Below, one piece after another: positions 1 through 9,557 of a stretch of DNA of 60,980 nucleotides (positions are counted from its first letter, which is position 1; the number at the start of each line of letters is the position of its first letter). The translations under genes were made by a program, and so were the position numbers. Below the pieces are notes generated by a model. The model ran no database searches, was not told where the DNA came from, and was given only the letters and a program-made list of their open reading frames with translations. This DNA is from Alphaproteobacteria bacterium (GTDB lineage: Bacteria; Pseudomonadota; Alphaproteobacteria; CAAHEQ01; UBA3637). The stretch covers positions 1 to 60,980 of the forward strand of contig JAZTVX010000077.1 in NCBI GenBank assembly GCA_045635565.1, in the 5' to 3' direction.

Positions 1-311
1 TGTGATGTCATGTAAATCGGATAACCCGTTCCCGTTGTATCCGGAAATTCATCAAAATCCGTTCCATCTTCACTCGGTTCAGGCAAAGGCATTTCCTGAT
101 ATTTATGCCAGATATCATTGGCACGCAGATTGACTTCATACACAATATCATTTGCCCGATATTTATCCATGGCAAAAGAATACCCGTAAATCCCACCGGC
201 CGATAACACCCCTATCACAGCCAAAACACCCAAGATTTCAACCATACTGCGACCCTGCTCGGCTGATGTTTTAGCATCAAATTGTTTCAAAAAAGGCAAT
301 TTAAAATTCAT
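1..311 (-). CDS. type IV pilin-like protein (prepilin-type N-terminal domain); 3' end lies outside the window
   Basis: It runs off the window, so it is absent from the ORF track. ATG at 311-309 with GGAGG (320-316) 4 nt upstream. Translation MNFKLPFLKQFDAKTSAEQG|RSMVEILGVLAVIGVLSAGGIYGYSF... shows a charged leader, Gly(-1), Glu(+5) and a ~20-aa hydrophobic helix, which is the prepilin signal pattern. Confidence 0.6.
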   Translation of the reverse strand, partial: MNFKLPFLKQFDAKTSAEQGRSMVEILGVLAVIGVLSAGGIYGYSFAMDKYRANDIVYEVNLRANDIWHKYQEMPLPEPSEDGTDFDEFPDTTGTGYPIYMTS

Positions 312-360
312 AAAACCTCCGTTAAAATAATCTCAAAAAATCAAAACCTTCTCAATGAAA

Positions 361-528
361 AACGTGTCAAAAAAAGGTACGTTTTTTTGATGCTTTTTTT
401 TGATGGACGACGCATGCTTGTGATGAGTTAAAAAAGATATAAAAATCAGATGATTGTATTTTTTAGTTGACAAGAGGTAATTTGCACAATAATATGGGAA
501 AAATAACGTACCTTTTTTTGACACGTTT
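361..528. repeat. perfect 23-bp inverted repeat pair (361-383 / 506-528) bracketing a 122-bp segment
   Basis: AACGTGTCAAAAAAAGGTACGTT at 361-383; its exact reverse complement AACGTACCTTTTTTTGACACGTT at 506-528. Pairing extends a few A/T beyond each arm. Confidence 0.9.
467..495 (+). promoter_or_regulatory. near-consensus sigma70-type promoter inside the IR-bounded segment
   Basis: TTGACA (467-472), 17-nt spacer, TAATAT (490-495). It points away from the pilin-like gene, toward the 3' end of convergent rlmH. Confidence 0.5.
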
Positions 529-704
529 TTTAAAGAGAATATATTGATTTTTAATCCTTATTTTTGAATGGGTTTTGGTATTTGTAAAAGCTTTTTTTGT
601 ATAAAAAATTCCTTTATCATGGAAAAATCATACTTCGCTTTACTTTGTTTCTTCGACAAAGTTTAAGTCATTATCAATATATTTGTTTCAACAGATAAGT
701 CTTT

Positions 705-1166
705 TTAATCTTTATGATATGGGTGACCATCGATAATCGTTTTGGCACGATAAATTTGTTCAGCCAACACGACACGAGCCAGCATATGTGGTAATGTCAT
801 ACGGCCGAATGATAATTTGTAGTCCGCCTGTTGTCTTAAAAAATCAGCATGACCACTTGCTCCCCCAATTAAAAAAGAAACAGCCGGCACACCCGAATCA
901 ATCCATCCTTGCAATAATGTCGCAAATTCCCGAGAAGATGGTGTCTTGCCTGTTTCATCCAAGACAACGATTTTAGACCCATTCGGAACAGAATTTAATA
1001 ACAAATGCGATTCGGCTTCCTTTAATGCAACACCACTTAATGCCTTTTTTTCTTCAAATTCTTTAACGGCAACCGACCACCGCGTTTTTTGCAGATAAGA
1101 TGTGATTAAAACATCTTCAGGTGTTCCCTTTTTCAATCGACCAATAGCAGAAATAACGAGTTGCAT
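705..1166 (-). CDS. rlmH: 23S rRNA (pseudouridine1915-N3)-methyltransferase RlmH
   Basis: MQLVISAIGRLKKG...IGGASGH...LSFGRMTLPHMLARVVLAEQIYRA is the SPOUT RlmH pattern. Start moved to the ATG at 1166 (the track ORF starts at 1208). Confidence 0.9.
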   Translation of the reverse strand: MQLVISAIGRLKKGTPEDVLITSYLQKTRWSVAVKEFEEKKALSGVALKEAESHLLLNSVPNGSKIVVLDETGKTPSSREFATLLQGWIDSGVPAVSFLIGGASGHADFLRQQADYKLSFGRMTLPHMLARVVLAEQIYRAKTIIDGHPYHKD

Positions 1167-1167
1167 C

Positions 1168-1575
1168 TTAAACCCGCTTACAATATTTATTCGGCAATAA
1201 ATCTGCAATAGATACTATATCATAAGCATCTGTTTGACCGACAGGAACAATTACCCGTGCCTGACCGTTACTGTAATCAGCAATGTATTCCCGACATTTA
1301 CCACACGGAGAAATAATATATCCATCCAAGTCACGTACGGCAACAATCATGTCAATTTCCATATCTTTTTCAGCCGTCAATGCCATACCGATTGTCACGA
1401 TTTCAGCACATGTGGCAACAGATGGTTGCGTCGTCCCAACATGTAATCCAGCATAAATATTTCCTTGTTTTGTTACCAACGCAGCCGATACAACCGTATG
1501 ATGTCCATCCCGTTGATAACGTTCTTTTAACAATGCTCGAGCCGCTTGGATCAATTCATCTGCCGTTACCGTCAT
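1168..1575 (-). CDS. cdd: cytidine deaminase-family protein (small homotetrameric CDA type)
   Basis: 135 aa with the zinc motifs TCAE and PCGKCRE at the spacing typical of Cdd / blasticidin-S deaminase. The stop lies 1 nt before the rlmH ATG. Confidence 0.75.
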   Translation of the reverse strand: MTVTADELIQAARALLKERYQRDGHHTVVSAALVTKQGNIYAGLHVGTTQPSVATCAEIVTIGMALTAEKDMEIDMIVAVRDLDGYIISPCGKCREYIADYSNGQARVIVPVGQTDAYDIVSIADLLPNKYCKRV

Positions 1576-2339
1576 TATTCCCCCTTTTTCATCAATTCTT
1601 CAACCATGTTATCCAACGATTGTCGTTCTTCCTGATTGTAAGGAATAGTCGTCGGGGTTGTTTCTTTGTGAACGGCTTTTTCAATCTCCTTCACGGCTTT
1701 TTTCTTAACTTTTTCCGTTACATCTTGCTTCACTTCTTTAACAAATCGGTCAATGGCTTTCTTATTCGATTTTTCCGGTAGTTTATGTTGCCGTTTTAAA
1801 TCAACTCCGATTTTTTTCGCCGATGTCGTTTTATCTTCCCCTAAACCCAAGTCCGTCCGAACATTTTCCGGTAAAAATTTCTGCAGAAATACAACTGTTT
1901 TTTGAATGTACGGAATAGAAACATTATCTTTATTTAAGTCAGCCATTTGTTTATCGGAAAAAATCATAGACAACCCGATATAAAACAACGCAATTAACAA
2001 AATACCCCGTAACAAACCAAATAATAAACCCAAAATTCTATCAAGACCACTTAATGCACTTTGACGCAACTTTTGCCCAATGTAAGAATTGACAATTGTC
2101 ATCACAACCAAGATAACAAGCGAAACAATCAAAGAACCACATAAGCCTGCCATTTTTTCATTTTCAATGAATTGACCCATAATCGGTTGTGTCGGTCCAT
2201 AACTGAATAAAGCACCGATACCAGCCAAAATCCATGATGAAATACCCAACAATTCGGTAACTAACCCTCGATATAAAGCAAACAACACGGAAAAAACAAG
2301 TGTTCCGATAACAATCATATCGATTAAACCAACAGACAT
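1575..2339 (-). CDS. cvpA: CvpA-family membrane protein
   Basis: N-terminal 4-TM region (LIDMIVIGTLVFSVLFALYRGLVTELLGI...) plus a charged tail. Its stop overlaps the cdd start (TAATG). Confidence 0.75.
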   Translation of the reverse strand: MSVGLIDMIVIGTLVFSVLFALYRGLVTELLGISSWILAGIGALFSYGPTQPIMGQFIENEKMAGLCGSLIVSLVILVVMTIVNSYIGQKLRQSALSGLDRILGLLFGLLRGILLIALFYIGLSMIFSDKQMADLNKDNVSIPYIQKTVVFLQKFLPENVRTDLGLGEDKTTSAKKIGVDLKRQHKLPEKSNKKAIDRFVKEVKQDVTEKVKKKAVKEIEKAVHKETTPTTIPYNQEERQSLDNMVEELMKKGE

Positions 2340-2455
2340 TTTAACTCCTTTATTTTATTAGCGTGTGCGTATGATACCTTTTTTTATTTCGAAATGCAAC
2401 GATTAAATCCGAATAACATCCGTCAAAACGTTATCAATCATTTTAATTTGTCACA

Positions 2456-3574
2456 TTACCATGCTGTTTCGGAATGAGATTCATTCGGCACGACATACGT
2501 TACATTTAAGTTAGATGGTAAAATTGGTTGCAAGCGATAAACAGCGTGTTGCACCGTTCCAATAATCCATGAATGTGTACCAACAAATTGTAATTTAGCC
2601 GGTTGCCATCCGATTGCGAAAAACAGATAATAAATTGTCAACAAAACAACCGTCACTATAAAAGAACTGATACCACTCATTACATGGTTAATGAGCATGA
2701 GCTGAACAGATGTTTTTTCTTCATCAATATAAATATCATCATCACTTTCTTTCAACCGTTTAGCAATGATATAAGCCACCCAAATAATAATAAACAACGG
2801 CACAAAGGCTCCGCTGAAATCAGATAATGATCCTTCAAACATAAACGAATACGTATTATCAAAACGGGACTTGTCCAATAACACAATCAAAATGATAACG
2901 CCGATCATAAATAAACCAAGACAGATACCGGCAATATACGCTGAACGCATTTCTGATTTTGTCAGCAAATCATCTTTACTCAGTCCTTGTTTCTTCAAAT
3001 GAGGCATAACTTTTGCTAAAGAAACTTTTTGTCCGTTCATTTTAATATTGGCAAATCGTTTGGCATTTTTGTTATCCAGGATACGTTCGTATTTTTTATC
3101 CGTTATAACCGATATGGCAAACCCGTATAAAATAACATTCATAACAACACACCCGATTAAAAAAGCCCCATTGCCTGATGTTATCGAACTGATTTTGGTA
3201 TAAAAATCACTTGAAAAAAAACAAATATTACCGATAAACCACAACACCATCAATAACACTGTTTTGATTCCATGCCTGATGACAATCGGTTTATCTTTGA
3301 TAGGTACTTTATAAGTTTGTTCCACAGATGAAGCAATTGTTGTTAACAGATAAAATACGAAAAAGCAACCCCAAGCATATGCCGATTGTCGCTCAATGCC
3401 TTGTTCCCGAATCAAATCACCAACTATCTGACCAACATTAAATGCTATAATAGCATATAGAATATACAAGACAACATTAACAATGTTTTTAACCGTTCTA
3501 TTAAAAAAGAATGAAATAATCGTTGTCCCTAACAACAAAATCCAAGCAAATGATCCCATATATGTAAAAACCAT
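2456..3574 (-). CDS. polytopic membrane protein, function unknown
   Basis: 372-aa ORF with ~9 hydrophobic segments. It sits between radA and cvpA. No motif recognised. Confidence 0.55.
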   Translation of the reverse strand: MVFTYMGSFAWILLLGTTIISFFFNRTVKNIVNVVLYILYAIIAFNVGQIVGDLIREQGIERQSAYAWGCFFVFYLLTTIASSVEQTYKVPIKDKPIVIRHGIKTVLLMVLWFIGNICFFSSDFYTKISSITSGNGAFLIGCVVMNVILYGFAISVITDKKYERILDNKNAKRFANIKMNGQKVSLAKVMPHLKKQGLSKDDLLTKSEMRSAYIAGICLGLFMIGVIILIVLLDKSRFDNTYSFMFEGSLSDFSGAFVPLFIIIWVAYIIAKRLKESDDDIYIDEEKTSVQLMLINHVMSGISSFIVTVVLLTIYYLFFAIGWQPAKLQFVGTHSWIIGTVQHAVYRLQPILPSNLNVTYVVPNESHSETAW

Positions 3575-3577
3575 CTT

Positions 3578-4966
3578 TTAACCCCCTTGAAATGTATCAA
3601 TCAATGTGCGTAAATTACCAATATGTGTTACATGTATAGAATCACTTTTCGGTTTTTTATCCGTTCGGGACGGTGGTGTCAACGCCCGTTCAAAACCCAA
3701 TTTCGATGCTTCTTTTAAACGTAAATCCGGTTGGGGCACGGCCCGTATTTCACCGGATAACCCAACCTCACCAAAAATCACCATATCAGCCGGTATGGCT
3801 TTTTGTGTTAACGATGAAACAATTGCCGTTGCAACAGCCATATCACAAGCCGGTTCTGTTACTTTTAATCCGCCGGCAACATTAAGATAAATATCTTTAT
3901 TTGCCAAAGATACACCGCATCGTGCTTCCAATACTGCTAAAATCATTGCCAATCGATTCGAATCCCAACCGACAACTGCTCGACGGGGAGCCGTTCCGCT
4001 TTGAGGTGCAACCAACGCCTGTATTTCAACCAGCATCGGCCGAGAACCTTCAATACCGGCATAAACACAACTGCCGGCAATATTACCCCGTCGTTCTGCC
4101 AAAAACAACGCCGACGGATTCGGAACTTCCTGTAAACCGTTTTCGGTCATTTCAAACACACCGATTTCATCTGTCGCTCCAAACCGATTTTTAACAGACC
4201 GCAAAATACGAAAATGATGTCCTCTATCCCCTTCAAAATATAAAACAGTATCAACCATATGTTCTAAAACACGAGGTCCTGCCAAAGTTCCTTCTTTGGT
4301 CACATGTCCAACCAAAAAAACGGCAAACTGTCGTCTTTTTGCCAAGCGTATCAGTTCATGACCTGCTGCCCGTACTTGACCAACCGTTCCAGGTGCTGAA
4401 TCTAACGTATCAATAAACATTGTTTGTATTGAATCAATAACCACAATATCCGGTGCATCAGCCGTATCCAATGTCGCAACAATATCACGCACGTTGGACA
4501 CACTGGCTAAATCAACATTGGCTTTGGATAATCCTAAACGCATGGCACGTAACCGAACCTGATCAACGGATTCTTCTCCTGAAATGTAAACACATTTTGT
4601 CGGTGAACCGATTTTATTGACACCTTTGGATAAATTGGCAACAGCTTGCAACAACAATGTCGATTTACCAATACCGGGGTCACCCCCAACCAAAATAACC
4701 GAACCGGGGACTAAACCACCCCCACAAACTCTATCCAATTCTCCAATTTGAGATTTGAGACGAAAAATAATTTCAGGTGCCCCCTGCAAATCAGAAAAAT
4801 CAATTTTGCGACCACCTCGCCCACCGGTAGCCGTTGGACTTTCTTTTTGTGGTAAATCTTCTTCAATAATCGTATTCCATTCACCACATGCTTCACATTT
4901 GCCTGCCCATCGGGGGTATATTGTTCCACAACTTTGGCAAACAAACTGTGTCATTTTTTTTGCCAT
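3578..4966 (-). CDS. radA: DNA repair protein RadA/Sms
   Basis: N-terminal CxxC-x-CxxC zinc finger (CQSCGTIYPRWAGKCEACGEW), Walker A GDPGIGKST, KNRFG motif and a Lon-like C-terminal domain. Confidence 0.95.
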   Translation of the reverse strand: MAKKMTQFVCQSCGTIYPRWAGKCEACGEWNTIIEEDLPQKESPTATGGRGGRKIDFSDLQGAPEIIFRLKSQIGELDRVCGGGLVPGSVILVGGDPGIGKSTLLLQAVANLSKGVNKIGSPTKCVYISGEESVDQVRLRAMRLGLSKANVDLASVSNVRDIVATLDTADAPDIVVIDSIQTMFIDTLDSAPGTVGQVRAAGHELIRLAKRRQFAVFLVGHVTKEGTLAGPRVLEHMVDTVLYFEGDRGHHFRILRSVKNRFGATDEIGVFEMTENGLQEVPNPSALFLAERRGNIAGSCVYAGIEGSRPMLVEIQALVAPQSGTAPRRAVVGWDSNRLAMILAVLEARCGVSLANKDIYLNVAGGLKVTEPACDMAVATAIVSSLTQKAIPADMVIFGEVGLSGEIRAVPQPDLRLKEASKLGFERALTPPSRTDKKPKSDSIHVTHIGNLRTLIDTFQGG

Positions 4967-4967
4967 G

Positions 4968-5768
4968 TCAATCTACCTTCACTTCAACGTTAATCGGTCC
5001 GTTTGCACTGCCGGCAACAAATTGACGAACATACGGATTCGTTGTTTTATCCAATTGCTTTACCGTCCCAACCCAAATAATTTTGCCTTCATATAACATA
5101 GCAATTCTATCAGCGATTTTTCGTGCCGAATTCATATCATGCGTAATCGTCAAAGCCGTCGCGCCCAATGTTTTAACCGTTGAAACAATTAAATCATTGA
5201 TAACATCTGACATAATCGGATCAAGTCCTGTTGTCGGTTCATCAAAGAAAATGACGTTTGGATTCGTCGCTATGGCTCGAGCCAAACCCACCCGTTTTTT
5301 CATACCACCGGATAAATCAGCCGGATAAGAATCGGCAATCGATGGATTTAAACCAACCTGAGCCAATTTTTCAATCGCAATTTTTTTAGCCGTTAACTTA
5401 TCTGTCGTTTTATTTTGTAACAATGAAAACGCCACATTTTCCCAAACACTCAAACTGTCAAACAATGCTCCGCTTTGGAACAACATACCGATTTGAGAAC
5501 GCAGTTCTTCCTGTGCTTTACGAGGCAAAGATGACACATGATGTCCATCAATTTCAACGTGTCCTTTATCCGGATTCAATAATCCCAAAATACATTTGAG
5601 CGTAACGGATTTACCTGTACCGGAACCTCCGATAATAACCAAAGATTCCCCCATACGAATATCTAAATCAACACCATCTAAAACCTTTTTCCGTCCAAAG
5701 GCTTTATGAACATTAACCAACTTAATTTTAGGGGTTTCCGGTGTTTTTCGACGTTGAAACAAAGCCAT
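4968..5768 (-). CDS. mlaF: ABC transporter ATP-binding protein, MlaF-like
   Basis: Walker A GGSGTGKS, signature LSGGMKKR and Walker B IFFDEPTTGLD. Size and pairing with an MlaE-like permease fit MlaF. Confidence 0.8.
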   Translation of the reverse strand: MALFQRRKTPETPKIKLVNVHKAFGRKKVLDGVDLDIRMGESLVIIGGSGTGKSVTLKCILGLLNPDKGHVEIDGHHVSSLPRKAQEELRSQIGMLFQSGALFDSLSVWENVAFSLLQNKTTDKLTAKKIAIEKLAQVGLNPSIADSYPADLSGGMKKRVGLARAIATNPNVIFFDEPTTGLDPIMSDVINDLIVSTVKTLGATALTITHDMNSARKIADRIAMLYEGKIIWVGTVKQLDKTTNPYVRQFVAGSANGPINVEVKVD

Positions 5769-5778
5769 AATTATTCTC

Positions 5779-6591
5779 CTAAATTGAAAAGAAAAGTTCC
5801 GTAATAATGTAATTAAATACCAAAATTAAAATACTGGAAGAAACAACGGCATTTGTCGTTGCTTGACCAACCCCTTGAGCCCCACCTTCCGAATTAAATC
5901 CGTTATAACATCCTAACAGTGTTATAATGAACCCAAATACCGATGCTTTTGTTAAACCGGAAATAATATCCATTGGTTTTAAATATTCCCATGTATTGAC
6001 AAGATACGTCGCCGCATTAAAATCCAATTTGGATACACCAATCATATATCCGCCAAAAATACCGATTACATCTCCGATGAGTACCAAAACAGGTAACATC
6101 AAAACACCGGCAATAACACGGGGAACAATCAAATATTTAAACGGATTCGTCGATAAAGTATATAATGCATCAATTTGTTCTGTAACACGCATTGTTCCAA
6201 TTTCAGCAGCCATTGCCGCCCCAATCCGACCGGCAACCATCAATCCGGCCATGACAGGTGCCAATTCCCGTGTAACGGCAACCAAAACAACCATAGCAAC
6301 AGCCCCTTCTGCCGATAATTGAGCAAATCCACTGTATGTTTGCAGTGCAATAACCATACCGGCAAACAACGTTGTCAATGCGACAACCGGCAAAGAATAA
6401 AATCCAATATCCACAAATTGCCGAAATAAGGCTTTCCCGTAAAACGGCGGTGTGATACAATGGTAAAGCGTATCTGTTGCAAATAACCCCAACCGACCGG
6501 CCGACCGTAAAAAACGCAATACGACCTGCCCTAATTTATTGACGAACTGTATTATTTTAGTCACGAAAAAAATCCTTTCTGTTTGCGTCAA
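5779..6591 (-). CDS. mlaE: ABC transporter permease, MlaE-like
   Basis: 270-aa permease with REL.P...A....GR.G.A...E.G.M.V.EQIDAL, the MlaE/Ttg2B signature. Confidence 0.8.
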   Translation of the reverse strand: MTQTERIFFVTKIIQFVNKLGQVVLRFLRSAGRLGLFATDTLYHCITPPFYGKALFRQFVDIGFYSLPVVALTTLFAGMVIALQTYSGFAQLSAEGAVAMVVLVAVTRELAPVMAGLMVAGRIGAAMAAEIGTMRVTEQIDALYTLSTNPFKYLIVPRVIAGVLMLPVLVLIGDVIGIFGGYMIGVSKLDFNAATYLVNTWEYLKPMDIISGLTKASVFGFIITLLGCYNGFNSEGGAQGVGQATTNAVVSSSILILVFNYIITELFFSI

Positions 6592-6649
6592 CTATAAGCC
6601 GAAAGACAATAAAATGCAAACAAAAAGTGACATATGATTTTGATAAACA

Positions 6650-6960
6650 CAATGAAAACAGAGGTATTCTGTTGCTGGGAACCTCCAAACCCCACCATTT
6701 CGCTCATTTGAAAATGGAATTGATGGTCTAGGTACCTAATTAGGCAGCCATTGCGACCGGAGCAAAATTATCATTTGCATTTATTTATATTAGCCCGATA
6801 ACGGCGGTACAATGCCGAATGCAAGAGAAAGCCTTTATTATGCGTGTCGATCCTATTTCACCCCCATAAAGTATTGAATGGTGGAGGTGTCGGGTACCGC
6901 CCCCGAGTCCACAGACATCTATTCCGCCTTTCGTTTAGCATCATAGTCAGTTACCTGACG
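6650..6960 (-). ncRNA. ssrA: tmRNA (ssrA), circularly permuted two-piece type
   Basis: Minus strand. The acceptor piece ends ...GGAC-TCGGG-GGCGGTA-CCCGA-CACCTCC-ACCA at 6879. Thirteen nt downstream, GGGGGTGAAATAGGATCGAC (from 6865) is the canonical tmRNA 5' end and pairs with CACCTCC, including a G3:U pair. Resume codon GCA at 6778-6776, tag ANDNFAPVAMAA, TAA at 6742-6740. The CCA end lies upstream of the tag ORF, so the gene is permuted. Outer ends are approximate. Confidence 0.85.
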
Positions 6961-6965
6961 ATTCG

Positions 6966-6994
6966 ATGCTATCACATTTTGAAACGAAAAGCAA
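6966..6994 (-). promoter_or_regulatory. possible ssrA promoter
   Basis: Minus strand: TTGCTT (6994-6989), 17 nt, TAGCAT (6971-6966). Confidence 0.3.
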
Positions 6995-7015
6995 GTCCAT
7001 TTATCTGAAATACAC

Positions 7016-9484
7016 CTATTCTTTCATCGAAGATGAGAACGCATCGTCACCAGAATGAGGCGTAACGATGTGAACACCAATGGGTTTATCTTCCGTACAC
7101 AAGTGCACAACTCGTTGCGGGAGCGGAATATTGATATTTTCAGAACGGAAACGTGTCAGTATTTCGGCTCGTATTGCACTGGATAAAGAAGCACGTGATC
7201 CAATATCGTTTGTATAACAACTAACCCGAAAATTTAAACTGTTATCCGCAAAATCCATCAACAAGACAAACGGTGCCGGATTAACCAAAATACCTTTTGT
7301 GTTTTTAACAACATCTAATAAAATTTCCTGCACACGAACAACATCACTGTCATAATCAACACCCACAGCAACATCAACACGTCCCATTTTATTTTTGTAT
7401 GTCATATTCGTCACCGTATTGGATAATATATCGGCATTCGGAATAATCACATTAGCACGATTAAACGTTTCAATGACCGTTGAACGAATATTGACTTGCT
7501 TAACTGTTCCCTCTTCCCCGTTAATGATAACCCAATCACCGATTTTAATCGGACGTTCAAATAACAAAATGATACCCGAAACAAAATTGTTCACAACATT
7601 TTGCAAACCAAGCCCTGCTCCTAATGACAACGCCCCTGCGACCAAGGCCAATCCTTTCAGACTTCCGCCCATAACACTGATACCGGCCAAACAGGCAACA
7701 ATAATCCCAACAAAACCAATACCGGCAGCCAATGAGTTACGAATACTCGAATCCATTTCGATATTACTTAATTTACCGTTGAGCAAACTGTTTTTAATCC
7801 ATTTACTGATAATCAAAACAACAAAAAACGCTACAATTCCCAAAAAGACGGATGTTATGGAAACGTGCATACCACCAATATTAAATCCGATAAAAAATTT
7901 CTTTAATTTTTGCAACAAAATATCAACGGAAACGCCCCAAACAAATAACAAAACCAAGACACAACTGATAACAACAATCGGACTGAGGAAAAAACCGAAC
8001 CAAAATTCCCATTTTTCCGTTTGTTTACGATTAACCCGAAAATCACGCATCCAAAATTTGCGTGTGACAAATTGATGAAATAAGACCGTGAATAACTTGT
8101 GAATAATATAAAAAAGACCCACAATAAAAACGGATTCAATAAATTTATTGTAAATATACTCCGTTAAAATCACATACCCGAACAACGAAAAAGACAAAAC
8201 AACCAGGGTTATGATTGTCATCAAAATACTGATTTTTGATGACGTACTCAACTGTTGAACATCCCCGTTATTTAATTCTTCGTCCGTTAATTGATGATCA
8301 TTGTATAAAAAGCGTTTAACAACCAAAATAATACATAAGGCTTTAACAATATTAGACAACGATTTTAACGCATAGATAATATCATCAGAATGTTCTAATT
8401 GGATAGCCAACACTTGAAAATACGAAAAGACACAAATAATGATAATGGAAAAATTAAGCGCAAAGTAAAGTGATTTAGCTTTTTCATCATTTACCTCTAT
8501 TAACCGCCAGTTTGAACGTTTTGGTGTGAATAAGACCCGAACAACGGCACTACAAATGAATAAATACAAACCGTAAATAATTCCGATTCTTAAAACCGTT
8601 CCGAATGGTCCGGAAAATAAATCCTGATGATTTTTTAACCACAACCAACATAAACCGAACATGGCTGCCGGTATAATTCCCCGTGCCAGCAAAACGAAAA
8701 AGCCAGCCATAACTTTATGAGAATAATCCGGATTTAAAATATCTTTTTGATAACCGAGTTTTTTACGAATCAAATAACTCAACAATGCAATACCGGCAAA
8801 TGCCAATAAAAACCAAACACCAACCGTTTCCATTTGAATTTTGACGGATTGTTGTTGTGCTTGTGTCAAATTATTATACCATTGTACCGGATATGTACCA
8901 ACGTTGTAAAAGAACAGTGCAAAACTTTTAATTGATTCAACAAATGTCCGCCAGTGTAAAATAGAATTATGTTTAACCATAATCCGTTCCAACAAAGCCT
9001 GATTACGCAAACTGACAATCAACTGATTGATTTCGTCTATTTTCGCCAAAGCCATATCTGCCGAGGCAATTTTGGATTTAATTTTATCCGATTCATCCGT
9101 TAATTCTTTGCGTTGCTTGGCAATGTCTTCCGGTTCCGTTTCCCCTTCGGCAACTAAAGCGTTTAAGGAGGCTATTTTTTTTGCGGTATTTTCCAACTGT
9201 GTTGTCGCACGTTGTTTTTCTTTCGTCAAAACATCTTGAAAAGAACTCAATTGTTTAATGTTTGTTTGCGAACCTCTGACTGCAATGGTTTTTTGTCGAA
9301 TCAATGTTTCAATATTGTTCAGTTCTGACCCAATATTTTCAATATCGATACTGGTTTCAATAATAACTGCATCCGCCTTATCCGACACATCAATCATTTG
9401 AGTTGTTTGTGCATAACACATACGGGTAACACAAAACAACACGCTTAAAACAATCAATAAACAACGCATATTTCTTCCTCTCAA
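7016..9484 (-). CDS. mechanosensitive ion channel family protein (MscK/KefA-like, large)
   Basis: 822 aa with a signal peptide, a periplasmic coiled-coil region and ~10 TM segments. C-terminal MscS core: GIILLFERPIKIGDWVIINGEEGTVKQVNIRSTVIETFNRANVIIPNADIL. An alternative start is at 9469. Confidence 0.85.
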   Translation of the reverse strand: MRGRNMRCLLIVLSVLFCVTRMCYAQTTQMIDVSDKADAVIIETSIDIENIGSELNNIETLIRQKTIAVRGSQTNIKQLSSFQDVLTKEKQRATTQLENTAKKIASLNALVAEGETEPEDIAKQRKELTDESDKIKSKIASADMALAKIDEINQLIVSLRNQALLERIMVKHNSILHWRTFVESIKSFALFFYNVGTYPVQWYNNLTQAQQQSVKIQMETVGVWFLLAFAGIALLSYLIRKKLGYQKDILNPDYSHKVMAGFFVLLARGIIPAAMFGLCWLWLKNHQDLFSGPFGTVLRIGIIYGLYLFICSAVVRVLFTPKRSNWRLIEVNDEKAKSLYFALNFSIIIICVFSYFQVLAIQLEHSDDIIYALKSLSNIVKALCIILVVKRFLYNDHQLTDEELNNGDVQQLSTSSKISILMTIITLVVLSFSLFGYVILTEYIYNKFIESVFIVGLFYIIHKLFTVLFHQFVTRKFWMRDFRVNRKQTEKWEFWFGFFLSPIVVISCVLVLLFVWGVSVDILLQKLKKFFIGFNIGGMHVSITSVFLGIVAFFVVLIISKWIKNSLLNGKLSNIEMDSSIRNSLAAGIGFVGIIVACLAGISVMGGSLKGLALVAGALSLGAGLGLQNVVNNFVSGIILLFERPIKIGDWVIINGEEGTVKQVNIRSTVIETFNRANVIIPNADILSNTVTNMTYKNKMGRVDVAVGVDYDSDVVRVQEILLDVVKNTKGILVNPAPFVLLMDFADNSLNFRVSCYTNDIGSRASLSSAIRAEILTRFRSENINIPLPQRVVHLCTEDKPIGVHIVTPHSGDDAFSSSMKE

Positions 9485-9557
9485 TCAAACTGATTGATTT
9501 TATATCGGATTTATATGCCGATTGTCAAGGAAAAACCCTTTATTTCAAGCAGGGGAT

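Noticed and set aside
333-524. 63-aa minus-strand ORF filling the IR-bounded segment
   Set aside because: It spans the inverted repeat and promoter. It has no RBS, and its K/F/I-rich sequence is what AT-rich non-coding DNA yields. It is better explained as regulatory DNA.
788-1781. Plus-strand ORFs 788-976, 1234-1446 and 1380-1781 antisense to rlmH/cdd/cvpA
   Set aside because: They are fully nested antisense to well-supported genes, and their composition is a mirror image of real codons. The same reasoning applies to the other nested or antisense track ORFs: 2603-2827, 3606-4194, 4711-5096, 5083-5328, 5927-6460, 7395-8139, 9027-9239, 9494-10021, 10559-11054, 11984-12650, 14194-15066, 15714-16229, 17127-18754, 20097-20993, 21501-22490, 24649-25601, 28548-29345, 30144-30562, 33281-37393, 37805-38047, 41539-41936, 42505-42762, 48093-48278, 48825-49028, 49920-50231, 54116-54352, 55650-55943 and 58364-58546.
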